A stretch of 64,000 bases of DNA from assembly GCA_964489685.1 (NCBI GenBank), contig CAZAZR010000003.1, forward strand, positions 2,536-66,535. The letters run 5' to 3'. The notes below the pieces were generated by a model, which worked only from the letters and a program-made list of their open reading frames with translations, searched no databases and had not been told where the DNA came from. The stretch comes from an uncultured Solibacteraceae bacterium (GTDB lineage Bacteria > Acidobacteriota > Vicinamibacteria > Vicinamibacterales > SCN-69-37). Below, piece by piece: positions 43,214 to 52,567 of the stretch. A program made the translations under genes and the position numbers. Within the stretch, counting starts at the first letter, position 1. Each line of letters begins with the position of its first letter.

Positions 43214-44949
43214 AAGGCATCGGCCTTCCTGCACACAAACGAGCCAATGACGAGGACGTCCATTCTGGTCCGCTGGAAACACTCGATCGCCTCAGAGGGC
43301 TGACACACAATCGGCTCATTTTCGTTGAAACTGGTATTGAGGAGCACCGGAATGCCAGACCTTGCCTCGAATGCCTTGATGAGATCGTAGTACAACGGGT
43401 TCTCGTCACGCGCCACCGTCTGGAGCCGTCCGGTGTCGTCGACGTGATTGACGGCCGACAGCCGTTGCCGCCACTCCGGCCTGATCGTGTACACGTGCAG
43501 CATGAACGGCGACGGGTGACTCTGCTCGAACAGCTCCGACTGTCGCTCGCGCAACACCGACGGCGCGAACGGACGAAACGCTTCGCGATGTTTGATGCGG
43601 GCGTTCAGAATGTCCTTCATGTTCGGGAAGCCTGGGTGCGCCAGAATCGACCGATTGCCCAGGGCGCGCGGGCCCCACTCCATGCGCCCCTGGAACCAGC
43701 CGACCACGTGCCCGGCATTGATCGCATCCGCCGTCACTTCCAGGAGCGGCTCGCGCGCCAATTGCCGGTATGGCACGTTATACCGGTCCAGTTCACGTTT
43801 CACGGCCGCATCGGGGTACGCGTTGCCGAGGTACGCGTCCTTCATCACCCAGCGTCGGCCCTCTTTCAGGACCGAGTGGCTGACGTAGAGGGCGGCCCCG
43901 AGTGCGAGACCGTCGTCGCCGGCAGCGGGCTGGATACACGTTTCGCGAAACGGCGTTTCGAGCAGGAGCTTTCCGTTCGCCACGCTGTTCAGGGTACAGC
44001 CGCCCGCCATCGCGACCCTGTCGGATGGCACCCTCTTGTGCAGCGCGCCGAGCAGGTGCATGTAGCAGCGCTCAAACACGCGCTGCAGGCCATACGCGAC
44101 GTCCTCGTCCCGCGGTGTGATCCCGGAACCCGTCTCGCGCGGCTCGCCAAACGCCTTGATGAACCGATCAGAATAGAGGCGATGGACCACCATCTCTCCG
44201 GCATCGTCTATTTCGAGGCCCTGGTTCGCGCCGAAGGGCAGAAAATAGTCGGGGTTCAGCTCAAATGCCTCGCGGGTCATCGTGACCATCTGTTCGAAGA
44301 CGTCGTGGTACCGGTCAGTGCCGAGCGGCGCCAGTCCCATCACTTTTCCTTCGTCCCCGTACTTCGGATATCCGATGAACTGGCACACCGCCGAATAGAG
44401 CGTGCCCAGCGAATGCGGCACGACGATTCTTTTCAGCGGCCGGATCTGGGTGCCCTCGCATTCCGACAACATGCATGACACAAAGTCGCCTGAACCGTCG
44501 ATCGTGATGCCGGCGCAGGTGTCCCATTGGGATATGAAATAGGCGCTGGCCGTATGGGCGAGGTGGTGCTCGATGTTGTACGTCTGGAATTTCAGCCTCG
44601 TTGAATCGACGTCACACTCAGACGCGATCCGTGACTTCATATCGTCGAACGCCTTGCTCTTGCTCCGCATGCGCGACAGATTGAGAAGTGTCGTGGGATG
44701 ACGCAGCGCGAACTCGAGCTTCTTGTGCAGATTCGCCGCCGAGTCGCGCCCGACGGCCACCGCGTCTATGTCGGACAGCGTCAGGCCTGCAACCTCGAGG
44801 CACGTTGCGATTGAGAGGGTCGGAAAGCCCGCGTAGTACTTGACACGGTTGAGCCTCTCCTCAGCCAGTGCCACGACCGGCACGCCGTCAATCACAATAG
44901 AGGCGGCCGCGCCGGCGTGATTGGTATTAATTCCCAGGATAACGCTCAT
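43210..44949 (-). CDS. Carbamoyltransferase, NodU/CmcH family
   Basis: 579 aa. N-terminus MSVILGINTNHAGAAASIVIDG (ASKHA-like) and HHLAHTASAYF. C-terminal domain LLNTSFNENEPIVCQP. Confidence 0.9.
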   Translation of the reverse strand: MSVILGINTNHAGAAASIVIDGVPVVALAEERLNRVKYYAGFPTLSIATCLEVAGLTLSDIDAVAVGRDSAANLHKKLEFALRHPTTLLNLSRMRSKSKAFDDMKSRIASECDVDSTRLKFQTYNIEHHLAHTASAYFISQWDTCAGITIDGSGDFVSCMLSECEGTQIRPLKRIVVPHSLGTLYSAVCQFIGYPKYGDEGKVMGLAPLGTDRYHDVFEQMVTMTREAFELNPDYFLPFGANQGLEIDDAGEMVVHRLYSDRFIKAFGEPRETGSGITPRDEDVAYGLQRVFERCYMHLLGALHKRVPSDRVAMAGGCTLNSVANGKLLLETPFRETCIQPAAGDDGLALGAALYVSHSVLKEGRRWVMKDAYLGNAYPDAAVKRELDRYNVPYRQLAREPLLEVTADAINAGHVVGWFQGRMEWGPRALGNRSILAHPGFPNMKDILNARIKHREAFRPFAPSVLRERQSELFEQSHPSPFMLHVYTIRPEWRQRLSAVNHVDDTGRLQTVARDENPLYYDLIKAFEARSGIPVLLNTSFNENEPIVCQPSEAIECFQRTRMDVLVIGSFVCRKADAL

Positions 44950-45935
44950 GTATTAGCCGTTTTCTCATTCACGGATGCGAGATACACGCTGTCGGCGACC
45001 TTCGTCAACGGTGTCACCACGTGGCTCAGCGCTCGCAGTATCTCCGACGCTCTGATCACCATGCGGTAGTGAACAGGGAGCAAGTCGGCATCGCTGGCCT
45101 GAATCCCGAGACCAAAGAAACAGTCCGTCGTCATTGTGGTCCGGCCGAGAATCTGCTGAAAGGTGTCCATCAGTTCGGCAGGCGCCCAATACCTGACCTC
45201 AAATCCTTCCCCTTCGGTAAAGCCTCGCCGCCGGAGCTGCTGATATTGCCTGATGCCGTACTTGTTCGGCATCTGGATCAGGGTCGTCCCTGCTGGTCTC
45301 AAGACTCTCACGATCTCGTTCAACGACGTCCGGACGTTCTGCTTGCTGAAGTGCTGCAACACGCCGTAAGCAAACACGGCGTCAAATGCGCTATCGGCAA
45401 ACGGCAGGAAGCGCGCGTCACCGACCACATAGTCCGCCACAGCCCCCAACTGTCTGGACACACGGCGCGCGGCCAGCACCGCATCAAGGCTCGGGTCGAT
45501 CCCAACCGGCCGGTATCCCTTGAGCGCCGCAGCGATCGACCATCGGCCCCAATTGCACCCGATGTCCAGCAGCCGTTCGCCGTGCCCTTGCGGCAGGCGG
45601 GTGAACGGGATCGGGTACCGGGTCAGTTTGTGCTGGACCGAGAAATACAGATTGCCGGAGGTATACGGCACCTCGCCCTGGACAAACGGATCGATGTGGT
45701 CCTGGTGCGTCGCTGCATCCTCCAGGAGCTGTTGTCCCGTGCCGTTCCCGGACACCTGCTCCAGGGTCCGGCTGATGTAGTCGTGCGTCACTTCAACGTC
45801 ATCGAGCAACATCACCGGCACATCATCGAACACCGGATACCGGTGCCCGTGAGGGCAGACCAACTCAGTCGCAGTCGATTCGAGCGCCCGTTTGTCGCGC
45901 GGACAGACGAGGTGTGTCGCGAGCCATTCATTCAT
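44946..45935 (-). CDS. Trm112-like zinc-ribbon N-terminal domain fused to a class I SAM methyltransferase
   Basis: 329 aa. LVCPRDKRALE...LVCPHGHRYPVFDDVPVML followed by LLDIGCNWGRW and DAVFAYGVLQH. ATGA overlap with the carbamoyltransferase start. Confidence 0.8.
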   Translation of the reverse strand: MNEWLATHLVCPRDKRALESTATELVCPHGHRYPVFDDVPVMLLDDVEVTHDYISRTLEQVSGNGTGQQLLEDAATHQDHIDPFVQGEVPYTSGNLYFSVQHKLTRYPIPFTRLPQGHGERLLDIGCNWGRWSIAAALKGYRPVGIDPSLDAVLAARRVSRQLGAVADYVVGDARFLPFADSAFDAVFAYGVLQHFSKQNVRTSLNEIVRVLRPAGTTLIQMPNKYGIRQYQQLRRRGFTEGEGFEVRYWAPAELMDTFQQILGRTTMTTDCFFGLGIQASDADLLPVHYRMVIRASEILRALSHVVTPLTKVADSVYLASVNEKTANT

Positions 45936-45955
45936 GGGATGGTGTCGCGGTCAGG

Positions 45956-46798
45956 CTACTGTTCCGGATCAAAGATATCTTTCCTGCTGAAACCGCTCTT
46001 CTTGACGATGCGTGCGAGAGTTCGCAGACGACTGTCGGCTTCAGTCCAGATGCGTCGCATTTTTTGCTCGGGCCGCGCTTTGAAGTACGTCACATGGGTC
46101 GTCTCGTAGCCGTTCGGCGAATGCGGCGAGAAATAGTAGTTCGAGACACAACAGCGCCTCGCGTCCCGCTTCACGGGATTGACTGAATGCCAGGACTTGT
46201 CGTTGGTGGACATCAGGACCAGCCGATTGAACAGACTCGGTATTTCGATGGCCTCGGTCACGGCTTCATTCCAGAGTTCGAAATTTCCGCCGTCTTCCGC
46301 CTGCCAGTCCGGCGAACAGTAGTAGAGCAGGTTCAACACGCGGTAGTGTTTCTGCTCGAAATCATGCGAGTTGTCCAGGTGCGGATTCAGGAAATGCCCC
46401 TGGGTCATGACGCTGATGCCGCCCGCGTACAGTTTGGGATCGGCGTGGGGCTCCCTGATGCCCGTCAGGCCGGCCACGGCATGCACGACGCGGGGGTCCT
46501 GAAACGCAAACGTGACATCGGCGATCAACGCATCGTGGGTGTCAAGGGCCTTGGACGTAAATTTCTTCTCACGAAAACTATCCAGTAGCCGCATGTCGTC
46601 GAGCGGCGGGAACGCGGCGTAGATCTGCCGAGCCAGGTCGTCGGGCAGGAGTCGGTCTACAATGGCGAATCGGGTGCTGAGGACGCCCGGCGCAGAAAAC
46701 TCCTCGCGGATCCTGTCAGAATCCTGATGGAGCCTTTCCACAATGGCAGTGACGATCGCTTCGCGCACGTTCGTGTCCTCCAGGTCCTGATGCGACAC
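45956..46798 (-). CDS. 2-oxoglutarate/Fe(II)-dependent oxygenase (prolyl-hydroxylase-like fold)
   Basis: 280 aa. HxD...H facial triad candidates FLNPHLDNSHD and KSWHSVNPV. The FELW...NRLVLM pattern is typical of PF13640-type proteins. Confidence 0.7.
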   Translation of the reverse strand: MSHQDLEDTNVREAIVTAIVERLHQDSDRIREEFSAPGVLSTRFAIVDRLLPDDLARQIYAAFPPLDDMRLLDSFREKKFTSKALDTHDALIADVTFAFQDPRVVHAVAGLTGIREPHADPKLYAGGISVMTQGHFLNPHLDNSHDFEQKHYRVLNLLYYCSPDWQAEDGGNFELWNEAVTEAIEIPSLFNRLVLMSTNDKSWHSVNPVKRDARRCCVSNYYFSPHSPNGYETTHVTYFKARPEQKMRRIWTEADSRLRTLARIVKKSGFSRKDIFDPEQ

Positions 46799-46827
46799 TC
46801 TAGCCGTACCGGTGTGTCGTTTCCACT

Positions 46828-47811
46828 ATGAAGTCTGTGCTGCTGACCGGGGCCACCGGGTTTCTCGGACGACACCTGGCCAGGGCGTTGTCGGCAAGCG
46901 GTTGCCGGGTTCGCGCGGCCAGTCGTCGGCCGGCCGACGGCCGCAGTGCCAATCCTGACCTCGATTGGGTTGGGGTTGACGCGATCGGTCGGCAGACCGA
47001 ATGGGGGCCGCTGCTCGAAGGCGTGGACGTCGTGATCCATGCCGCCGCGGTTGCACACCGCATCACCAGGCGGGATCAGGTGCCCGAGTCGGTGTACGAC
47101 GAGGTCAATCACCGGGGCACCGAACGCCTGGCCGCGTGTGCCCGGCGCGCCGGCGTCAGGCGATTCGTTTTGATCAGCTCGATTGGAGCGGTGGCCGATG
47201 CGTCTGAGGTGGTCATTGACGAAGTGACGCCGTGTGCCCCGACCACCGCGTATGGGCGCAGCAAGCGCGCGGCCGAGCTGGCGCTCGCCGCGCAGTTGGC
47301 AGGCAGCGAGTGCGAGTGGTGCGTTCTCCGACCGCCCCTCCTGTACGGCCCAGGGCATTCGGGCAATATGGGGCGGTTGCTTCGATTGATCCGGTTGCCG
47401 CTGCCACTGCCCTTCGGCGCAATTCACAATCGGCGCAGTGTTATGTATGTCGGCAATCTGGTCAGCGCCGTTCAGGTGGCGGCGACTCACCCGGCGGCCG
47501 GTGGGCAGGTCTTCTGCGTGGCGGATTCCGAGACGCTGTCTACGCCGCAGCTGATCGCAGCACTGGGTCGTGCGTCGGGAAGGCCGATTTGGATGGTTGA
47601 CGCTTCCCTTCCGGCACTCCAACGCATCGGCAGGATTGGGGATGTGCTCGGCACCTGGACGGGGCGTTCTCCAGGATTTGATTCTGAGTCTGTACGCAAG
47701 CTCTGCGGCTCGCTCTCGCTGTCGTCCGCCCGCATTCGCGAACGGTGCGGATGGGAACCCCCGGTCCGGCTCGCTGATGGCCTGTCGGCGACGATGGGCC
47801 ACCGCCAGTAG
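46828..47811 (+). CDS. NAD-dependent sugar-nucleotide epimerase/dehydratase (extended SDR)
   Basis: 327 aa. MKSVLLTGATGFLGRHLARAL (GxxGxxG) and YGRSKRAAE (YxxxK). Confidence 0.85.
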   Translation: MKSVLLTGATGFLGRHLARALSASGCRVRAASRRPADGRSANPDLDWVGVDAIGRQTEWGPLLEGVDVVIHAAAVAHRITRRDQVPESVYDEVNHRGTERLAACARRAGVRRFVLISSIGAVADASEVVIDEVTPCAPTTAYGRSKRAAELALAAQLAGSECEWCVLRPPLLYGPGHSGNMGRLLRLIRLPLPLPFGAIHNRRSVMYVGNLVSAVQVAATHPAAGGQVFCVADSETLSTPQLIAALGRASGRPIWMVDASLPALQRIGRIGDVLGTWTGRSPGFDSESVRKLCGSLSLSSARIRERCGWEPPVRLADGLSATMGHRQ

Positions 47812-47813
47812 GC

Positions 47814-47837
47814 CTCGGCCTTGAAACCCAGGCCGAG
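47814..47837. terminator. Candidate bidirectional hairpin in the convergent gap between the epimerase and a GT4 gene
   Basis: ctcggcc (47814-47820) pairs with ggccgag (47831-47837) as a perfect 7-bp stem with a 10-nt loop. No U-tract. Confidence 0.3.
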
Positions 47838-47876
47838 CGACGTCCGGAGGGATCTCGGGCCGGTACGTAGCTCGGG

Positions 47877-49025
47877 CTACCGACCGCCGGTGCTGGCCGC
47901 GTGCCTCAACACGTCGAGGGTGGCGTGCGCGGTCGATTCAGGAGGACGCGACGCCACGCCGCGCGCCCGGGCGCCGAGACACCACCCCTGATATTCATGC
48001 GCGGGCATCTGTCTGAGCTGGGCGATCGCCGCCCGCCACGAATCCGCCGACAGCGGCAGCGTCCATCCCGCGCGGTCGGCCTGCAGGCCGTCCCACGGCG
48101 TCTGGTTGCTGACCAGCACGGGACGTCCGGCCTCAAGGGCCTCGGCCACGACATACCCGTAGTTCTCTCCGAGCGTTGGCAGGACGAACGCGTGGGAGCG
48201 GGCCAGCCACCCGGGCACTTCCGCGGGCGCACACTCCCCGCGATAGCGCACGCGGACCGACACTGGGAGTTGCGCGATCAAGGCCTGGCACCGCGCCCAG
48301 TAGCGGTCATCTTCGATGGGTCCCACAATCTCGAGGTCCAGATCGCCGCCTGGGTCGTCACGCAGCACCTCCAACAGGAACGTAAGGTTCTTCTTTGGCG
48401 TGATCCGCGACAAGAACAGCAAGGTCACCGCGCCTTGGACCTTGTCGAGCGCGGGCACCACCTCCCGGGGCCTCGACGGTCCGAGGCACGGCACCACGAA
48501 TGCTGGCGAGGCCTCCGGAAACGCCCGGGCGATATCCGCCTGCTCACCCGCGTCGCGGGCCAGCCACGTGACACCGGCAAACAGCCGTAGCGCGCGAGCA
48601 ATCCGGAGATACCACCGCTTCCGGCCGGGACTGCCCGCGAGTGCGCCCGGCGTCAACTCCCCTTCCGGTGCGACGATCATCGGCACCCGGACTCCCCCCG
48701 CACGGCGGAGGATCAGCAGGCCGATCGAGCCCGTCGCGAACAGGCTGTTCATGAACACGACATCGGGAGCCGCCTGCGCCATCAGCCGTGAGAGGAGGAT
48801 CGGGTGCCTCGTCCTCGCGGAATAGAACACCCGTGCGAGCCCATGGGTTGTCCACCGGTCCACCACAATCCCGGGCAGCGGATCGGGCTGGAATGGATCG
48901 CGATCCCTGGCGATGACCCAGAATTCACAGTCACGCCCCAACCGCTCCACCATATGGGTGAGCGCCTGGAACGAGCCGCCCCGAAACCCCGGAGCGAACG
49001 ACTGACTCAGGGCCAGAACCTTCAC
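47877..49025 (-). CDS. Glycosyltransferase family 4
   Basis: Trimmed from 493 aa to GTG 49025 (VKVLALSQSFAPGFRGG...), 382 aa. GTGA overlap with the upstream GT2 stop. C-domain motifs SRITPKKNL and VLPTLGENYGYVVAEALEAGRPVLVSN. Confidence 0.85.
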   Translation of the reverse strand: MKVLALSQSFAPGFRGGSFQALTHMVERLGRDCEFWVIARDRDPFQPDPLPGIVVDRWTTHGLARVFYSARTRHPILLSRLMAQAAPDVVFMNSLFATGSIGLLILRRAGGVRVPMIVAPEGELTPGALAGSPGRKRWYLRIARALRLFAGVTWLARDAGEQADIARAFPEASPAFVVPCLGPSRPREVVPALDKVQGAVTLLFLSRITPKKNLTFLLEVLRDDPGGDLDLEIVGPIEDDRYWARCQALIAQLPVSVRVRYRGECAPAEVPGWLARSHAFVLPTLGENYGYVVAEALEAGRPVLVSNQTPWDGLQADRAGWTLPLSADSWRAAIAQLRQMPAHEYQGWCLGARARGVASRPPESTAHATLDVLRHAASTGGR

Positions 49026-49942
49026 CGACCCGCCCCTGCGAGAGGCCCGAGGGGAGGATCGGGCCAGTCCGGCCATTGGCCCAGTCGCAACCCGCGTTGG
49101 ACCAGCCGCAGGACGTAAATGCCGCACGCCATCAGGCCGCTCATGCGCGTGGGCGCGGCATGCCACAACATGCGCCATCGCCTGCCCACATTCAATTGAT
49201 GCGTCGTGTTCACAAACAGCGCGTGCCCTGCGGTGCGGAGTCCGGAGGACAGCGGCGGCGGATTGGTATTCGGTTCGCAGAACATCCGTGCTCTGGGGGC
49301 CACGAGCAGACGCCACCCACGGCGCCGTACCCGCACGGAAAATTCGACATCCGCCCACAGATGCGGAAAGCGGGCGTCATCGAGAAGACCGAACGTGTTC
49401 AACGCCGATGCAGGTACAAGGATGCAGTTTCCCGCCAGGGCCTCAACGACCCAGGGCTCCTGGGGCACCGTAAACGCCGTCAACCGGGTGGGAATGCGCC
49501 ACCCGCCGTACCACGTGTCCCATGACTGCCCCACCTGGAAGACGCGATGGGGCGTGTCCCACAGCAACAACAGCGCGCCGACGACCGAGTCGGGATACGT
49601 ACGGGCGCATCGGAGCAGTTCCACGAAGACCTGCCGATTGAAGACGGCATCGTTGTTGGCGATCACGGCGTAGTCCGCTCCGGCCGCCAGCACTCGTCGC
49701 AGGCCCGCATTGGTGCCGCCTCCATAAAACAGCGTGCCGTCACCCGCCACGATCTCCACGTCTGGGTAGGCGCGCCGGATCGCCTCCGAGGTTCCATCCG
49801 ACGACCCATCATCGACGACCACCACGTGGAGCGTCATGCCCGTCGTGTCGGCATCGTAAATGCTTTTGAGCGCTCGCAACGTGGTGTCGCGCCGGTTGTA
49901 GACGGCCATCACGACGCCAATGCTGGTCGTCCCCTCCGTCAC
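49022..49942 (-). CDS. Glycosyltransferase family 2
   Basis: Trimmed to GTG 49942 (VTEGTTSIGVVMAVYNRRDTT...), 306 aa. GTGA overlap with the upstream methyltransferase stop. Motifs VVVVDDGSSDGT and IANNDAV. Confidence 0.8.
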   Translation of the reverse strand: MTEGTTSIGVVMAVYNRRDTTLRALKSIYDADTTGMTLHVVVVDDGSSDGTSEAIRRAYPDVEIVAGDGTLFYGGGTNAGLRRVLAAGADYAVIANNDAVFNRQVFVELLRCARTYPDSVVGALLLLWDTPHRVFQVGQSWDTWYGGWRIPTRLTAFTVPQEPWVVEALAGNCILVPASALNTFGLLDDARFPHLWADVEFSVRVRRRGWRLLVAPRARMFCEPNTNPPPLSSGLRTAGHALFVNTTHQLNVGRRWRMLWHAAPTRMSGLMACGIYVLRLVQRGLRLGQWPDWPDPPLGPLAGAGR

Positions 49943-50661
49943 GTCTGCACCGGCGGGTCGGCCATCCGGCACTCGGCAATGAGACCGTCGGCCAAGTGCG
50001 GTGCCAGCCGTGTCAGGACGGCATTGGTCCAGCGTACCGTCCACCTCGTGTACGGATAGTGTTCGGTGCCAAGGTCGTAGAACCACTGGCCCGTGACTAC
50101 CAGGCCCTGGGTCGTGAGCAATCGCGCCAAGGTGGCCTGCGAGTAGTAGGCCACGTGATCGGGATGGACGGGCTCCGCATGGCCTCCCCGCCCGCGAAGG
50201 GCATACTGCGCGAGCCGGAATCCGCAGTAGGCATTGACGGTGGTGACCAGCAGACGCGTCTGCGGACCCATGACCTGTCGGACGTTTCTCAGAAACGTGC
50301 CGGGATTGGTCAGGTGCTCCACGATTTCACCGGCGATGACGATGTCGAACGGACCCGCCGCGACCAAATCCGCCGCGAGGTCGCCGACATCGCCCGCGTG
50401 CAGATGGGTGACACCACGCGCGGCCAGGACGTCAACCCCGGCCTGGTCGATATCGACGCCGTGTAATTCACTGGCCACGTCACGCAATCGCAAATGGAGC
50501 AGCGAGCCATCGGCCAGACTCTGCGCGGTATACGGCGCATTGGTGCAACCCAGATGCAGGACGCGCTTGCCGTTCGATCGCGCAAGGAGGTACTCCACTC
50601 TCTGCACGAGGGGAATCGACGCGCGCGCCAGCGACATGCAGACGACATGGTAGCACCGCAT
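49939..50661 (-). CDS. Class I SAM-dependent methyltransferase
   Basis: Motifs KRVLHLGCTNAPY, GVDIDQAGV and FDIVIAGEIVEHLTNP. The start is ambiguous (ATG 50661 or 50637; the tracked 50748 is unlikely because it would overlap the divergent gene). Confidence 0.75.
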   Translation of the reverse strand: MRCYHVVCMSLARASIPLVQRVEYLLARSNGKRVLHLGCTNAPYTAQSLADGSLLHLRLRDVASELHGVDIDQAGVDVLAARGVTHLHAGDVGDLAADLVAAGPFDIVIAGEIVEHLTNPGTFLRNVRQVMGPQTRLLVTTVNAYCGFRLAQYALRGRGGHAEPVHPDHVAYYSQATLARLLTTQGLVVTGQWFYDLGTEHYPYTRWTVRWTNAVLTRLAPHLADGLIAECRMADPPVQT

Positions 50662-50694
50662 CGGGACGCACCCCCTTCGGGTATCCTGTGGCTC

Positions 50695-51498
50695 ATGGCC
50701 GACCATCGCGCCGCAGCAGTGGATGACGCGTTCTCGGCGCGCGTGCACCGCCTGGACACCACGATCTTCGACGCGATTCCATCCGAGTCAACACCATGGG
50801 ACCGGCGATCGCTGCTCGCGTGTCAACAGGCCGTCCGCATGCGATGGTCACCGTACGTCTACCTCGAGATGGGGTCGCACCTGGGCGGCAGCCTGCAACC
50901 ACATGTGCTGGATCCCAGGTGTGCGGCTGCACATTCGATCGATCCCCGGCCGGCGCAGCAACCCGATGCACGGGGCCAGCGTTTCGGGTACCCGGGAAAT
51001 TCGACGGCTCGAATGCTGGCGAATCTGGCCGCGGCCGGCGGTGATACACACCGCGTCGTGTGCCACGAACAGACCGCCGCGCGCCTGAATCCCGACGGCT
51101 TCGGGCCGGCGCCACACTTGTGCTTCATTGATGGCGAACACACCGATACCGCGGTCATGGCCGACTTTGCCTTCTGTCAGCGGGTGGTCGCGCCGGGCGG
51201 CCTGATCGTGTTCCACGACGCCCACATCATCTACAACGCATTGGGCACCATCGTGGCTTCGCTCGATCGCGCCGGCACGGTGTATCGGGCGTGTCCTCTG
51301 CCCGATACGCTGTTTGCGATCGAACTCGGCGACGGCGCGCTCCTTGAGGGGACAGCCCTGGCGCCCGTGCGGCGCGAGAGCCATCGAGGGTATGTCCTGT
51401 CACTTCAGCAGACAGACCACTATCGCCGCTTCGCCAACCAGTGGCTGTTTCGTGTGCTCCGAAAAGCCCGTGCGATGGCCGCGCGACCGCGCGGGTGA
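50695..51498 (+). CDS. Class I SAM-dependent methyltransferase (Methyltransf_24-like)
   Basis: Trimmed to ATG 50695 (MADHRAAAVDD...), 267 aa. Motifs YLEMGSHLGGS and CFIDGEHTDTAVMADFAFCQRVVAPGGLIVFHDA. Confidence 0.7.
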   Translation: MADHRAAAVDDAFSARVHRLDTTIFDAIPSESTPWDRRSLLACQQAVRMRWSPYVYLEMGSHLGGSLQPHVLDPRCAAAHSIDPRPAQQPDARGQRFGYPGNSTARMLANLAAAGGDTHRVVCHEQTAARLNPDGFGPAPHLCFIDGEHTDTAVMADFAFCQRVVAPGGLIVFHDAHIIYNALGTIVASLDRAGTVYRACPLPDTLFAIELGDGALLEGTALAPVRRESHRGYVLSLQQTDHYRRFANQWLFRVLRKARAMAARPRG

Positions 51499-51505
51499 TG
51501 AAGCG

Positions 51506-52567
51506 CTACGACGACCGCATCAGCAGGGGCTCCAGCGCGCTCCAGACACTGTCCGCCGTCAGGTCTTCCATGCACGGATGACCGGCCGTCCGGCACTGTA
51601 CGTCCCGGCAACCCTCGCAAGGCACGGTGAGTCGCACGACGACATGCTGTGGGCCGATCGGGTCCCACTGCCCACGGGGCAAACCCGCCCATGCGGCCAC
51701 CACGCAGGGGGTGCCCATACTCGCCGCCAGGTGGGCCAATCCCGAATCGACGCCGACGAAGGCCTGGCATTCGGCCAACACGGCCGCGGTCATCCGCGGC
51801 GGGTGTCCGCACGCATTCACGCCAAAGCCCCACGCGTCCGTCAGGGTCTCAAATGCCGTCCGGTCGGCCGGTCCTCCGACGCCAACGACCTCGACACCCC
51901 GTGCGTGCGCACGCCGGCCCAGATCGAGAAACCGGCCCGTGGGCCAGTTCTTTGCGGGCCAGTTCGAGAGAAGGCCCATCGCCAACCTTGGGCGCCCCTG
52001 CTCGCTCCGAGCCAGCATCACAAGGCCGGCCTCGCGTTCCTCCGAGCTCAGGGTCAGCAAAGGCATCTGCCCATGGGGCGCGTGCGCGGCCACGACACCC
52101 GACGCCGCCAGTCGTGACAGTTTCAGCCGGTCTTCCCTGAGCGACTCGCCTGGCGACGCGTCGCCCGATGGTGCCATCGCATCGTATCCGTGGAACGTAC
52201 GGGCGCCACAGGCCCGAAAGAACCAGCGATCGCGTTTCAGAAGCCGCAAGGGGCGTTCGCTTGGCAGGAGGGAGACCACGAGTTCGATGTGATGCCGACG
52301 AATGGTCCGTGCCACACGCCACACGTCCCGGATCAGTCGCACCGGCGACGGCCATTCCCCGTACTCCAGAAATTCGTCCACCAGCACATCACCGCCGAGG
52401 ACGGCCTGTGCTGGCAGTCGGGCCCCTCCGGACGTGGTGAGCAGGAGCACCCGATGGCCCGGCCACTCAGCCCGCACGGCGCGCAGGGCTGGAATCGTAA
52501 GAATCGTGTCACCGAGCGAACCGGTGTGATGCGCCAGGAGCCATGGATCGTTCTGCGCGGCGCTCAT
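51506..52567 (-). CDS. Glycosyltransferase family 9 (heptosyltransferase-like)
   Basis: Trimmed to ATG 52567 (MSAAQNDPWLLAHHTGSLGDTILTIPALRAVRAEWP...). ATGA overlap with the upstream GT4 stop. C-terminal GVDSGLAHLAASMGTPCVV. Confidence 0.8.
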   Translation of the reverse strand: MSAAQNDPWLLAHHTGSLGDTILTIPALRAVRAEWPGHRVLLLTTSGGARLPAQAVLGGDVLVDEFLEYGEWPSPVRLIRDVWRVARTIRRHHIELVVSLLPSERPLRLLKRDRWFFRACGARTFHGYDAMAPSGDASPGESLREDRLKLSRLAASGVVAAHAPHGQMPLLTLSSEEREAGLVMLARSEQGRPRLAMGLLSNWPAKNWPTGRFLDLGRRAHARGVEVVGVGGPADRTAFETLTDAWGFGVNACGHPPRMTAAVLAECQAFVGVDSGLAHLAASMGTPCVVAAWAGLPRGQWDPIGPQHVVVRLTVPCEGCRDVQCRTAGHPCMEDLTADSVWSALEPLLMRSS

